The position numbers were made by a program, and so were the translations under genes. From the human T2T-CHM13v2.0 reference genome, Homo sapiens: a stretch of 64,000 nucleotides of DNA. Location: assembly GCF_009914755.1 (NCBI RefSeq), contig NC_060947.1; one strand, 5' to 3'. Within the stretch, counting starts at the first letter, position 1. Every line of letters starts with the position of its first letter. The notes beneath the pieces are model-generated. The model searched no databases and was not told the DNA's origin. It saw only the letters and a program-made list of their open reading frames with translations. This document shows positions 41,599 through 54,555 of the stretch, piece after piece.

Positions 41599-43018
41599 GA
41601 GTCCTGATATTTTTGAGAAACAACTCTGGGAAGTTTGATTAATCTAAGATGGGTTTCTTTGGCTCTGGAATTAAAAAAAAAAAAAAAAAGATGTAGTACT
41701 CAGTCCTTGCCTTGATGGAGGGGGAAATAGCTCAGTCCCAGAGAAGATAGCATAATATAGCTCTGATATATGAACTGCAATAGAATACATACGTGACTTT
41801 GAGATATGCATAGACAGTAGATGAGATAGGTGACAGATTTTATCAGCCTTCCTACAATCTGTATGATAGATTTTGTTGAGGTTACTCTATAGCCCCCAAA
41901 TTATTTTACTACGGTATCCTCATGTTGAAAGAAAATTATGGACAATTTGTTTCCATGAAGACCCTGACCATATGGCCCATGGATGTGCATCAGAAAACAA
42001 TAAACAAATTGCAACTGCTCAGCCCACAGTGCTTGTCTGCAATATCAACTGACTGTCTTTCAGCACAGCTTGTTGTCAAAAAGCATGAGTTAGCAGATGC
42101 AGAGGCACATTTTGTTATTTATAGATTTGAAAGCATTAATTCCATTATAAATTTGGAAATTTCACTTTTCTGATGTTGACAGTCTGCATATCTTTGTTTG
42201 TTTCTCTATCCTGTGTGATGATCATGGAGAGGGGCAGAAATAGTTCCTCCCTTCAAATGACTGTGTTGTGAGCTCATTCTCATTAACAATGCCACTGATT
42301 TTGATGACATGCATTATATGCATATAATTTTAAAAGATCTTTCTCCAGTTTTTAGTATATAAAAAGCTTGATTAGGCAATTTGTTCTTTTCATTATGTCA
42401 ACTAATAAGACATCAGTTGAAAGAACAGGGAAAAACCAATTAAAGGCATGAATATTCACATGGAAAAAAATCCCTCTGAATGAGAGATGCCTGTGCAGAC
42501 CAAAAATGAATAGGAGATATGCCAAAATGTTTTAACTGATCAGGGTAGAGCAAAAGCATTACCAAATGAAGTTCAAGTTACCCTGCCTCTGATGAGCTGT
42601 TAAACATTGTGTAAAATAATGGTTTTCTATGATTTCAATAAATGGAGACTTAGTGTGATATAGATGCCTGTGTTACTTATCTTACTGCAGGAATTTTTAA
42701 ACTCTCACTCTGATTTTTCAGTTTGCAACCATGTTTTAACCCATATTGCTATTCTGTAAGCCTATATAAGCTTTATTGCTAATGATAAATAATGAAGGTC
42801 GTTGCCTAACTATATAGAAGTTTTTGTATTCGAAGTGCACACCATTAAGAGATGATTGTATGTATGTGCTCACTTTTCCCACACAAATAACACAATGGGT
42901 GTGCTTATTTGAGTGGTAGTTTTGTCTTATCTACTTTATCAACTACATGCTAAAAGAAATGTGAATTCTATATTTTGTAAATTATTCAATGTGTTAGAGT
43001 CAATTATACAAATAATAA

Positions 43019-43282
<264 letters not shown>

Positions 43283-44349
43283 TAGAAGTGTCACATGGCA
43301 GTCTCTGAAGCCCAATAGTGTCTCTTCCCCCATTAGATATAGTGACCTTCGAGTCTTAGAATGCCACCAGAAAAGGAGAAAGGGGTACCAAATGAGGAGA
43401 TAGCAGGCAACTGAAGATTAACCTCACCCACTTTATAATTTCACTGTATTTCAATTCTCCTATACAGAGCACAGATATCAGAATGATGTCATTTCAGTTC
43501 ACAAAATTTGAGTGAATTTAAGCTTAGTGACCTTGAATGTTGAATTGTTCTTCCAGGTGACATCAAATGGTGGATAATGCCTCCTTTGTGGGACCAGGCA
43601 AGAAAAGCCCAGTTCATTGGATAGTAGAGTGAACCATTAGTACAATAAGAATTTCATGAATTGCTACTGTTCCATGAATCAATTCAGAACAGTTTTATGA
43701 TTTACTGTGTAAAATATATATTCTATACTGCCAAGATCAAAACTGCAATCAGCACAACAGTTAACATAACCCATATCAAAGAATGAGGCAAACTCATTTG
43801 GATTCCTCCCAATACTATAGAACAGCATACCTGAAAATGAACAAACCTACCTTCATATCTCCTTGAAAATCTCTGGAGCATTTATGAAATAGGAGTTATT
43901 TTATTTTGTCTCCATTTATATTAAATATAGAAGCTAGCTTATCAGAATGTTTGTTATCATAACATAGAAAAACACATTGTATCCTAGCTTTGTGATCCTG
44001 AATGCATTTCCAGTTCAACAAATAATTTAGGTCCTCTTTCTAATTATAACAAATCAGATTCATAACTTGCAATAATATTTTTCCTTTATAATGTATACAC
44101 AGGCTTTGCAAATGAATTAAAAATTAATTACTTTTCCCCTTGTTTTGCAGAATATTTTGTGTGCATGTACATATTGAAAGCTTGAACAAATTTCTCTATG
44201 ATAAAAAACAGATATATGTGATGCATTCATCTTCTGGGTGGCATAGGGCAAGGCTGTTTAGAGGTACACGAATCAGACATACCACCTTTGCAAACCCTTG
44301 TGTTGATGACTTTATTTTTCTTTTTCTGAGAACAGTTTTACAATTTTCT

Positions 44350-44509
44350 TTTTTTTTTTTAATGGTTTTTCACTCTCCATGACTTTGTTTTTAGCTAGCC
44401 ATTCTTTTTTTTTATTATTATTATACTTTAAGTTTTAGGGTACATGTGCACATTGTGCAGGTTAGTTACTTATGTATACATGTGCCATGCTGGTGCGCTG
44501 CACCCACTA
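44350..44509 (-). mobile_element. Severely 5'-truncated young L1 (L1PA2/L1HS-like 3' end) with 3'-transduced sequence
   Basis: 44405-44509 is the L1 3'UTR end plus tail; 44361-44404 is non-L1; second T-run 44350-44360; 16-bp TSD AGTTTTACAATTTTCT at 44334-44349 and 44509-44524. Confidence 0.92.
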
Positions 44510-45718
44510 GTTTTACAATTTTCTAAAAGTAGTTCAATTATTCTACTGCTGCTTTCAGATCCGGATTAATCACACAGTCATTAATACCCTGGATACTGAA
44601 TCCTCACTATAACCTTGTTTTTTTGAGCAGCATGCATGAAATTAAACTACATGTAAATTGAGATGTTAAAGATGAGACTGTAACTTAGGTTGAGTTTTTA
44701 AAATCAGGACCTAAGATGAAATCATATTACACGAAATTTTACTGTATCATGCATCATGCTATAATAAAGGCATCTGTGTTATCTCTATGTCACTAATGAA
44801 TACACTAAAAGACAAAGTATGCCAGTATTATCAAGCACCTTCTCTCCAACCACTCATCAAGTAAAAATTGTTTCCTTACTTAGATTATAAAATTATACTA
44901 AAGGTCATTATTGATTCAGGATGTCTTATAAAGTCTGTCTAATAATCATGATATTAGATTTGCAACTTCAGAATGCCTGTAGCATAATCTTCTGAAATAC
45001 TAGCATTAAAAATGAGGCATGGCTTAACAGCTTCAAAGAAAAGTGTTGCTGGATTTGTTGACTATCCATGAAAACAAGTACTTTCTAGTAAAATACCATC
45101 AGAGCTAATTGATCACAACAGGTATCTGCACTATACTTGCATTTTTAGGGCTCCTAAATATTAAACTGAATTAGTGAAGTTTTTTTTTTCCTAAAGCTGT
45201 TAAAATGTAAAGCTTTTACATGTTCGGGACAATTTGGTGTCATGGCTCCTGAACGCAATTGCATGCACTCGGTAACCTACAACATTACTATTGATTTTTT
45301 TTCCTTCAAATCTCATTTATCAGCCTTATGTGAAAGTATTTCTGACCCATTTTGAAGGCTACTAACTTTTGATTAATGAAAAGCAATGGGAAAATATTTT
45401 GGAATATCATCTATATCTTTTAATAATGAGAATTTTATTTACTTATTCATTGTAACAAGAAAACAATTTCATTATTTCCCTATCTAGCTACAAACTATAA
45501 ACAGCCTGAGATTGTTCAAATCTACTGGTTGTTAATTAATTTTGTCTCTGGCCATGTTAACTGGCATGATGTCTTGGACAACCTATAATTCAAAATGAGA
45601 TGATTCTCGAACAACTTTTAAATATCAATAGTTTTATAAAGTAGAGGTAAAATTATGAATAAAGTTACTTTTGCCACTACCATCATCAAAGAAACAAGAG
45701 GAGATAGTAGTTAGAATG

Positions 45719-45781
45719 GAATTCTATTGTAAATAGAATTGTAATAGAATTGTAAATAGAATTCTATTGTAAACAGAATTG
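45719..45781. repeat. Short imperfect tandem repeat of GAATT(CTATT)GTAAATA units
   Basis: GAATTCTATTGTAAATA / GAATTGTAATA / GAATTGTAAATA / GAATTCTATTGTAAACA / GAATTG. Confidence 0.85.
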
Positions 45782-46074
45782 GATAGAGAATAGTTATCAA
45801 TTTGTTAACAATGACATCCTTATAATGGATTGTAGTGGTTCCCTAGTACCAAAAATGGCAATAAAGGGAAAAGAGAATAAATCTGTTTGAACACGTGATG
45901 AGTTTTTTTCTGTGATAAGTTCCTGTTTCATAGAAAAAAAGATGAGCAATTTCAAAATAGCCCTTGTTCATAAGGTTCTAGTAAGCTAATGTTTTACCAA
46001 TTTGGAGACAGGGAACATACTTGAAGCGACCTAAGACCGCCACTAAAATCTTGCAAAAATATGAACACTGTCAG

Positions 46075-46256
46075 AAACAGAGCCTCATCCAATCAGCTGG
46101 AAAGCCTTAAGAGAAAACAATGAGGTTTTCCGGTAAGAAGAAATTCTGCCTCAAGATTGCAGCACCAACTCCTGCTTGAGTTTCCAGACTGCCGGCTTGC
46201 CCTACAAACTTCAGACTTGCGAGCCCTTACGATTATGCAAGCCAATCCTTAAGACA

Positions 46257-46288
<32 letters not shown>

Positions 46289-46392
46289 ACGCACACAAGC
46301 GCATGTACGTGCATGTGCGCACGTTCTGAAATAGACATAAAGATATATCCTATTGGTTCTGTCTCTTTTTCTGGAGAACCCTGACTGATACA
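46075..46392 (+). mobile_element. MLT2 (ERVL) LTR 3' part, MLT2D-like, with (TG)n
   Basis: AAGAAGAAATTCTGCCTCAAGA...ATATCCTATTGGTTCTGTCTC...GGAGAACCCTGACTGATACA. Confidence 0.88.
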
Positions 46393-48129
46393 GATATTTG
46401 TACACACACAGACACACAAGTCTTTAAACATTTTTACAGACGTAAATGTCAAAGATTCTTATTTTTTAAGTGCCTGCTGATTAAAATGACATACTACCCA
46501 AGCCTACAAATTATGTCTTACATTTCATAACATGGGTCAGTACATGGAGGTCAAAAGTCAGGTAAAGTCATCGAAACATGACACTGATTTAAAGCAAACT
46601 GAGATTTTGTTCTAAAACAAGAGTTTCAAAATTATTTATACACAACCAAACAGACTAACCTGAGGAATAAACAATTTTGTGAGTGACCTTTTTGGTATCC
46701 TCATCCTATCTTATTGGATCATCAGTAGAATGGAGCAATGAGTTCTTTCAAGTAGCCTCAGGTTATTTCGAAATAATACCTTGAGGAAAAAAAAAAAAAA
46801 AAAAAGACCACGATCCAAAACAAAGCAATGCCATCTAACTTCCTGGAAAAATTGACTATATTTTAACGATGAATGTATTAATCAGATATATGTAGAGGAG
46901 AAAGAAAAACCATTACATTAACAATATTCCTTTTATAGGTTATTGTTAAAATTAAAAATGGGTATTCCTTTAAACAGATTAGAATAGTTTTGAACAAATA
47001 CTGGAATCAGACAGCGTGATCAATTGTGTCCTTCAGAGATTCAATAGAAACCCAATTTGACTATTTGTCCTTTGCTTAAAACATTTGATGGGCATTCTAA
47101 GACTGTTTTATCACTGAAATGCTTATTTCCATTTCACTTTTTCAAAATATGTACACGTTTTCTGTAAGTCGGATTTGAAATGTTTCTCTACCGTTGCTCC
47201 TCACATCCTTTTATGTTAGAAATGCAAGTACCTGCACTACACTTGAAATTATGACTGATATACAGCATCTCTTTTCTTAGAGACAGTTCTCAAGAACTTA
47301 GGTCAGCTCTTTGAGAAAGAACATAAGCTTTTTCGTGGAAGAAGCAAACATAGGGCAACTGGGAGGACAAAAGAAAAATAGCAATAGTTTCCTTTTATCC
47401 TAGATAATTTTCTCCTAGGATTCAACAAAAGCCAGACTACTTGTGAAGTAATGAATATTCAATACCATATTTTGCTGCTACAATGTTCTAAGAGGGATTG
47501 ACTCAAAAATAAAATAATAAAACAAAAATAAAAACAAAAACACAAAACCTCCTATCACAGCACCACTTTAAGAAGTGTCTTTCAAATTTGACTCGAAAGC
47601 ACTTCCTTTGTTAAGTATTTTTAAAGGCAAAATATATGCCTTTTTCCTTTGGGAAATTGTTTAATCAGTACTATTTTTTGTTTTTGTTTTTTTCTTTTCA
47701 CTAAATAAAGGAAGCCTATGATATCCCCTGCAAATCTGAAGAGAAAATGAAATAAGGGCAATGTTATAAGCATATAGACAGAACAGCAGTGTTACAAAAA
47801 TTGTTTAAGAAATTTGCCTAGTCATAGTCATGTGATTAAGGAGTTCTTTATTTTATTCTTACCCTCTAAATAGCCTGAGATAAAAGCTAATGTTTTTCAA
47901 AATTCATAATCAGTAAAATATTGATTATTCAGAACCCTCATTGGTTTTCAAGTTTAACAATTGGGTTTTCAATGTTATTACTAAATATGTATTTTGGATT
48001 AACATACTAAATATATGCAATGTTTAAAAGATATTAAACATAATTTTACTGTTTCCAGTAATTCGGGGTCACTCTAATGAATTGAAGGTGTATTTAACAT
48101 AATCAGAGCGTTTGCCCCTACCAAACTGT

Positions 48130-50680
48130 TATTAGAAGTAATGGTGTATGGTGCTCACAAAGAGCTGGGAATGGCGCCTGCACCCACCAGCCAGAGAGGA
48201 AAACCTCATGATTCATAGGGTATGGGGAGTGTAATCAGAAGGGTCTTCCCACAGTAGTGTGGAATAATTAGCCCCACAATGAACACTGCTTTTATCTTGA
48301 CAAATAAATCTTAAAAGCAAGTCCCCAAAAACCAAACTATTTTCAAATAATTTAACTGCAATCTAGAGCAAAACTGGAAAATATTTATAGAAATGCAAAA
48401 ATACTCAGCATCCAGACAGGTAAAATTCATAATATCTGACATCCAATTAAATATTACCAGGTATGAAGAGAACCAACAAAATACAACCAATAATGAAAAG
48501 AAAAATCAGTTCATGGAAAAGAAACAAGAGCTGAAATAGATGATAGAATTAGTAACGACATTAAAATAGTTATCATAACTGAATTCCATAGAATCAAAAA
48601 GTTTAGTAGAAATATAGAAGATATATCAAAAGACCCAAACTAACTTTCGAGAGATAAAAGTATAATATTTGAGATGGAAGATACGCTGCATCAATTCACA
48701 GCTGATTAGATATTACAAAAAGAAGATTAGTAAACTTGAAGACATACCATAAAACTGTCCAGTGAATCACAGGGAGAAAAGATAACTTAAATAATAATAA
48801 ACAACAATCAGTAAGCTGTGGGACAAGTTAAAGCAGCCAAATATATATGTAGTTGCAATTGTTAGAAAGGAGGCAGAAAAAAATATTTGAAGAAATTATG
48901 GCCAACAGTTTTCCATATTTGATGAAAACTACAATCCCATAGATGCAAAAATTCCAGTGTATTATTGATGAAAACTATGATCCCAAAAATGCAAAAAGTT
49001 CAATATATCACAAGCACAAAAATATGAGGAAAACTCTAATAAGGCATACAGTAATTATATTGCTGAAAACTAGTGATAAAGAGAAACTCTTAAAAGCAGT
49101 GAGAGAGAAAAAAACCTGCTGCATACAGAAGAACAAAGATAAGGGTGACAGCCAATTTCCTGTCAGAAACAACATAAGTGAGAAAGTGCAGCAGCATGTT
49201 TAAAATAGCTTAGAATCCATATCCAATGCATCTATGAGTCTATCTTGAAAAAATGAAGGCAAAATAAAAACTATTCAGACATATATAAGCTGAAAGAGTT
49301 TAGCAGCAGCAGATTCACACTACAAGAAATGTTAAAATCCTTCAGGCAGAAGGAAAAGATACACCAGACGGCAATCTGGGCCTACACAAGGAAAGAATAC
49401 TAGGAATGGTAACTACTTGGATACACAATAAGAGTGCTTTTACCCATATTATTGAAATATCTTGCAATGATAGTTGACTGTAAATAAAAATAATAACAAT
49501 GTATTTTGGCATTTGTAAAATAAAGTTCTTATAATATTCAGTAGTTCTCCCTTATACACTGTTTCATTCCTTGGTTTGAGTTGCCCACAGTAAACCACAG
49601 TCTGAAAATATTACATAAAAATTCCAGAAATAAACAAGTCATAAGTTTTAAATTGTGTGCCACTCTAAGTAAGGCGATAATATCTCGCGCCATCCCACTT
49701 TTTCCCACCCAGGATGTGAATCATCCCTTTGCCCAATTATCCATGCTGTATACACTACCTACCTGTTAGTTACTTAGTAGCTGGCTCCATTTTGAGATCC
49801 ACTAACATGGTATTGCATTGCTTGTGTTCAAGTAATCTTTAGTTTACTTAATGATGGCTCAAAATCAGAAGAGTAGTGATGCTGGCATATTGTTATAGTT
49901 GTTCTATTTTATTATTAGTTATTGTTGTTAATCTCTCACTGTGCCTAATTTATAAATTAAACTTTATCATAGGATAGGAAAAAAACATAGTATAAATAGA
50001 GTTAGGTTCTACCCAAGGTTTCAGGTATCCACCGGTAGTCTTGGGACACATCCCCACAGAAGAGAAAGGGTGGGACTACTGTACATTAAGTGGTATATCA
50101 CTTGAGGCTTGAGCATAAAATTTAAAGAGGTAAATACTATAAATCCAAGGCAATCACAAAAATAGTAAAACATAAATTTTTAGTTAATAAGCCAACAAGG
50201 AGATAAAATAAATCACAAAAGATATCCAACTAACCCAAAATAAAGCAGAAATAGATTAAAAAATAGAAAAAAAATTAAGGTGGGAATTCTAAACCTAATT
50301 ATGTATGTAATTATATTAAATGTAAGTTATCTAAATACCTTAACTAAAAGGCAGAGATTTTCAGATTGGACAAAAAAGGAAGAACCAAGTATATGCTCCC
50401 TTCAAAAAAAAAAACACACTATAAACATACAAATACAAATAAGCATAAAAGAATGGGAGATGATATGCCATGCTCATACTAATCAGAAGAAAGTTGGAGT
50501 AACTATATTATTATGACTAAGTCAATTTCAGAGCAAATACTATTATCAAGGATGAAGTATATTTTATAATGACAAAGGGGTTTTATTTAACAAGAGGAAA
50601 AAAAATCTTAAATGTTTATGCACCTACTAACAGAGCTTCAAAATACATAAAGGAAAAATAAATAAAACTGCAACCAAAGT
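48130..50680 (+). mobile_element. Old L1M (MC/MD-like) 5' region, ORF1 and start of ORF2, interrupted by MER44
   Basis: ORF1-like RHTVIILLKTSDKEKLLKAVREKK (48943-49203); ORF2 N-terminus-like IILNVSYLNTLTKRQRFSDW (50280-50516). Confidence 0.8.
49539..50081 (+). mobile_element. MER44B-like (Tigger7-derived) DNA transposon
   Basis: TIRs CAGTAGTTCTCCCTTAT... / ...GGGTGGGACTACTG|TA; internal AAAATTCCAGAAATAAACAAGTCATAAGTTTTAAATTG; ~540 bp. Confidence 0.88.
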
Positions 50681-51351
50681 ATGGTTCCCCTTTTATTAGC
50701 TTTTGTTATGTTCTTCTCAATAAAGTTTTGTAGTTCTCATCATATATACTTTATGCATTTCCTGTTAAGTTATGCCTGTGTATTTCACATTTTTTGGTAA
50801 TCTCTTGATCTTCAATAGTTCATAATTTAGATTTTTATTACATTCTTCTTTTAGTATGTTTCTAGCTATAGTTACTGGCTATAATACATTCTGAATTTGT
50901 ACTCTTCTTTAATGTGGTCGAAAAACTTCTTGCTGCAGGTACTTTTCATACCAGGAATCAAATAATTATTCAGGCAGTAATATACCCCTTCAAGTGAGAG
51001 TGCTCTTTCAGTTATATATTCTCCACACATTTCTCTAATCCTGCATGTTTTTTCTGGCCCCACTAAGTCAGTAAAATAACTTCTATGAAAGTTTTTTTTT
51101 TAATTTTTAAAGAAAAAATTTCCCTTGGAAAAAATTGAAAAATGCTTCTCCAGCCAGCCACAACACCAAATTCTATAGCACAGGAGAACCACGTGTTGCT
51201 ATTAAACATTTTCATGCCCATTTTGAAACATGTAATAGTTCTTTGTGATATTGTTTTTGGTGGATTATTGTACTTTACTGGTTACTTTGATTTTTACCAA
51301 ACTTCATACACATTTGGATGCTCAAGAGTTAAGTGTTTATTTTTAGTATTA

Positions 51352-51650
51352 ATTAATTTATTTATTCAACAAATATTTATTGATCATTTGCTATTTAGCC
51401 AGGCACAATTTTAGGCTCTAAGGATTTAAAAAAAGGTGAACAATTCAAAGTTCCTATTCTCATGACTCATACACTCTAAAAGGGGGGAGTTTGGAGAGAC
51501 AAATAAAAAACATATATTTACTGTTGATGATTTTTTAAATAAAAATAGGTGGGATAATAGTAAGAGAGTGAAGACAGTTATTGTTTTGTTTTATAGAGGA
51601 TTTTCAGGAGTAATTTCTTTGATAAAATAATATTTGAGCATAGACGTTAA
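51352..51650 (-). mobile_element. L2 3' end
   Basis: TTTATTCAACAAATATTTATTGATCATTTGCTATTTAGCCAGGCAC, antisense L2 tail motif. Confidence 0.8.
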
Positions 51651-53145
51651 ATTAATTTAAAAAATTAAACATCAATTTATGTAACTATGCAAGATGTTAC
51701 CAAAATAGCACTGTTTTCTTTCTATCTGGTGTACATCAATGCAAAATGGGGATGATTTGAATTAGATAGATCTATTTCCCTTTAATTTGTTCTTCTTAAC
51801 AATCATTTAAAATAGAAGGACTCTTTGAAATACCTGATGAAAGCTACAGACTTTTTCCAAACACTGCAGACATTTAAGATTCGGCAAACAATTTCAGGGA
51901 GAACTACGAACATGTTCTTTAATGATGAAAAATATCTTCTTTACAATTTGTTGTTAAAGTCCTCATGGGCTGATACATTCAAACACATTCAACAAATACT
52001 GATCACTTAGATTTAGCCAGATAATCTGCTAGGTACTACTCGCTTGAGGCACAGAAAGGTATGGGAACCTAGCTCTCAGATGAAGTATAGTAGAAAATTA
52101 AAACTGTTACCCATACCATTCTAGCAGGAGAGTATGAGGGCGAAAAGAATGAAGGATTCTGTATTATCTAATAAATGGTCCACTTCAATATGGTTTTAAA
52201 TACGTGGGTTTGGGGTATTATTTTTATCTAGGATGTCAAAGTATCACATTAGTATAGGATGGCCATTTTTTCTCCACAATTGTGGAGAACACTCTTATAA
52301 ATAGTAAACCAATATTACTAATGATTCAGAAATATTTTCAAAAATTTCAGGGCTTCAATTGTATTAAATTCAGAGCCAGCAAATTATTTTTGTTTAATAA
52401 ATTGTCACAAAATGCTAACATAAAATGTAAGGGAAAATCCAATTGTGGCCTTAAATTTTTACAAAACTGTGAAGGCAGAAATTACAACACAGGTAATATG
52501 TTCCTCACAGCAGCAGCACCAGCATTTTGCTCTATTTTTGTTTCCTACCACATCTAAATTTGTTGTGATGATCAAATGAGAAAATGTATAAGACACTATT
52601 TTGTAAACTGTAAAGTGTCTTGCAAAGAAGGCTGAATGTTAAGACATGCTCAAAAGAAAATTAACATTTCTTCAATTTTGGGCTAATTATATTTAAAATA
52701 CTAATCAGAGAGTCTTAATTATGTGAATTGATCACCTGGCATTGATTTTATGGAATTACCTCTTAGTTCCTGCCATTAATTAGCTCCCTCTGAGCTTTCA
52801 AGATCACTGAGAACAAGGCTCACCATCAGCACTTTCCCATTGTGAGCAAATATAAGTGCCCAATAACAGTAATTTGTCTTCTTTTTTTGTGTATGTGCAA
52901 TTTGACATGTATGTTACTTTCATAGCAACAACAAGACTAACAGTAAACACTCTTATTGCATTTACAATATGTCAGATACTATTATAAGAACTTAACCTAC
53001 CTTAATTCATTTAATGCCCCATAGCAATAAACAGAGGTACACCCAATCTTTGGAAAGCTGGGTGTGGTTGGCTGGAATTTACTACAGCTTCTGCTGATAA
53101 ACAATTTTGTTAAAAGACGTGCCGTTTAAATAGAGGTAGTTTGTA

Positions 53146-53579
53146 ACTTCACATGTTATCACTCATTTGTGGGAGCTAAAACGTAAAACAATTGAATTCA
53201 TGAAGATAGAGAGTAATATTATGGTTACCAGGGGCTGGGAAAGGTAGTGGGAGTGCAGGGAAAGTGGAGCTGGTTAATGGGTACAAAAATACAATTAGAT
53301 AGAATGAATAAGATCTAGTATTTGATAGCACAACAGGGTGACTACAATCAACAATAATTTATTGTACACTTTAAAATAACTAAATAAGTATAATTGGAAT
53401 GTTTATAACACAAAGAAATATTAAATGCTTGAGGTGATGGATACCCCCATTTACCCTGATGCAATTATTACATACTGTATGTCTGTATCAAAATATCTCA
53501 CATGCCCCATAAATATATACACCTACCATGCACCCATAAAAATAAAAATAAAAAAATTAAAATGTGAATATAAATAAAT
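53146..53579 (+). mobile_element. L1MA-type 3' end (5'-truncated)
   Basis: AAGATCTAGTATTTGATAGCACAACAGGGTGAC; TSD AAATAGAGGTAGTTTGTA (53128-53145) / AAATAGAAGCAGTTTGTA (53580-53597). Confidence 0.92.
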
Positions 53580-54180
53580 AAATAGAAGCAGTTTGTAGAT
53601 CAATTAATGCTTTGTTCTGAAAAGAGAAGAACCTGACTGCTTTCTGGCCTATTTTTAAGAGTACATCTTCTCATCTAAGAAGTGAGCTGTAAGAATGTAT
53701 GAAAGCAGGGACAAGACTTTTCACAAAACGCAATACTTGATCTGCTCCAAATCCAAGAGTCCTGCACAATGAAGTATCAAAGAGATGATGTTTGCCTAGA
53801 AGCTTTTGAAGAATTATATTACAGAAAAAATTAAGTAGACTTTTTTTCTAACAGAAATTCTCTCCTATAGGCTGGCCAGAGATAGCTATAACATTCACAA
53901 AGTCACTGGATGTAGCATACTCAGAGACTGCATTCAATGGTATGCATCTAATGGAAAAAATTACTGGTAACTTATATGGTCTGGATTTTACATGTGCTTG
54001 GGATTGCTCTCAATGAAGATAAATGAAAAGTTGAAAGGAGAGGCAGATTGTATAATTATTGTCAGAATTTTTTTTTACTTGAATTAGAGTTACCAGATGT
54101 TAGAAAACACAGGACTGTGTTTCTTTAATTTCTTGATGGAAGCTCATACTAGGAGATGCATACTAAAGTCCTAGGCAAAC

Positions 54181-54555
54181 TGATATGGCTTGGCTCTGTG
54201 TCCCCACCCACATCTCACCTCAAATTATCATCCCCATAATTCCCACGTGTCAAGGGCAGGACCAGGTGGAGGTGATTGGATCATGGGGGCAGTTTCCCCC
54301 ATGCTGTTCTCATAATAGTGAGTTCTCACAAGATCTGATGGTTTTATAAGCATTTGGCACTTCCCCTGCTGGCACTCACTCCATCCTGCTGCCCCGTGAA
54401 GAAGGTGCCTGCTTCTCCTTTGCCTTCCACCATGATTGTAAGTTTCCTAAGGCCTCTGCAGCAATGCAGAACTGTAAGTCAATTAAAACTCTTTCCTTTA
54501 TAAATTACCCAGTCACAGGTATTTCTTCATAGCAGTGTGAAAACAGACCAGTACA
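54181..54555 (+). mobile_element. THE1 (THE1C/D-like) solo LTR
   Basis: TGATATGGCTTGGCTCTGTGTCCCCACCC...GCAGTGTGAAAACAGACCAGTACA; TG...CA ends; 5-bp TSD CAAAC/CAAAT. Confidence 0.93.

Noticed and set aside
42215-42298. C-box GTGATGA and D-box CTGA at snoRNA-like spacing
   Set aside because: No terminal stem and no recognisable rRNA/snRNA antisense element; these motifs are common by chance.
45719-45781. Repeat-spacer (CRISPR-like) interpretation of short repeats
   Set aside because: No unique spacers, units are too short, eukaryotic context and no cas genes.
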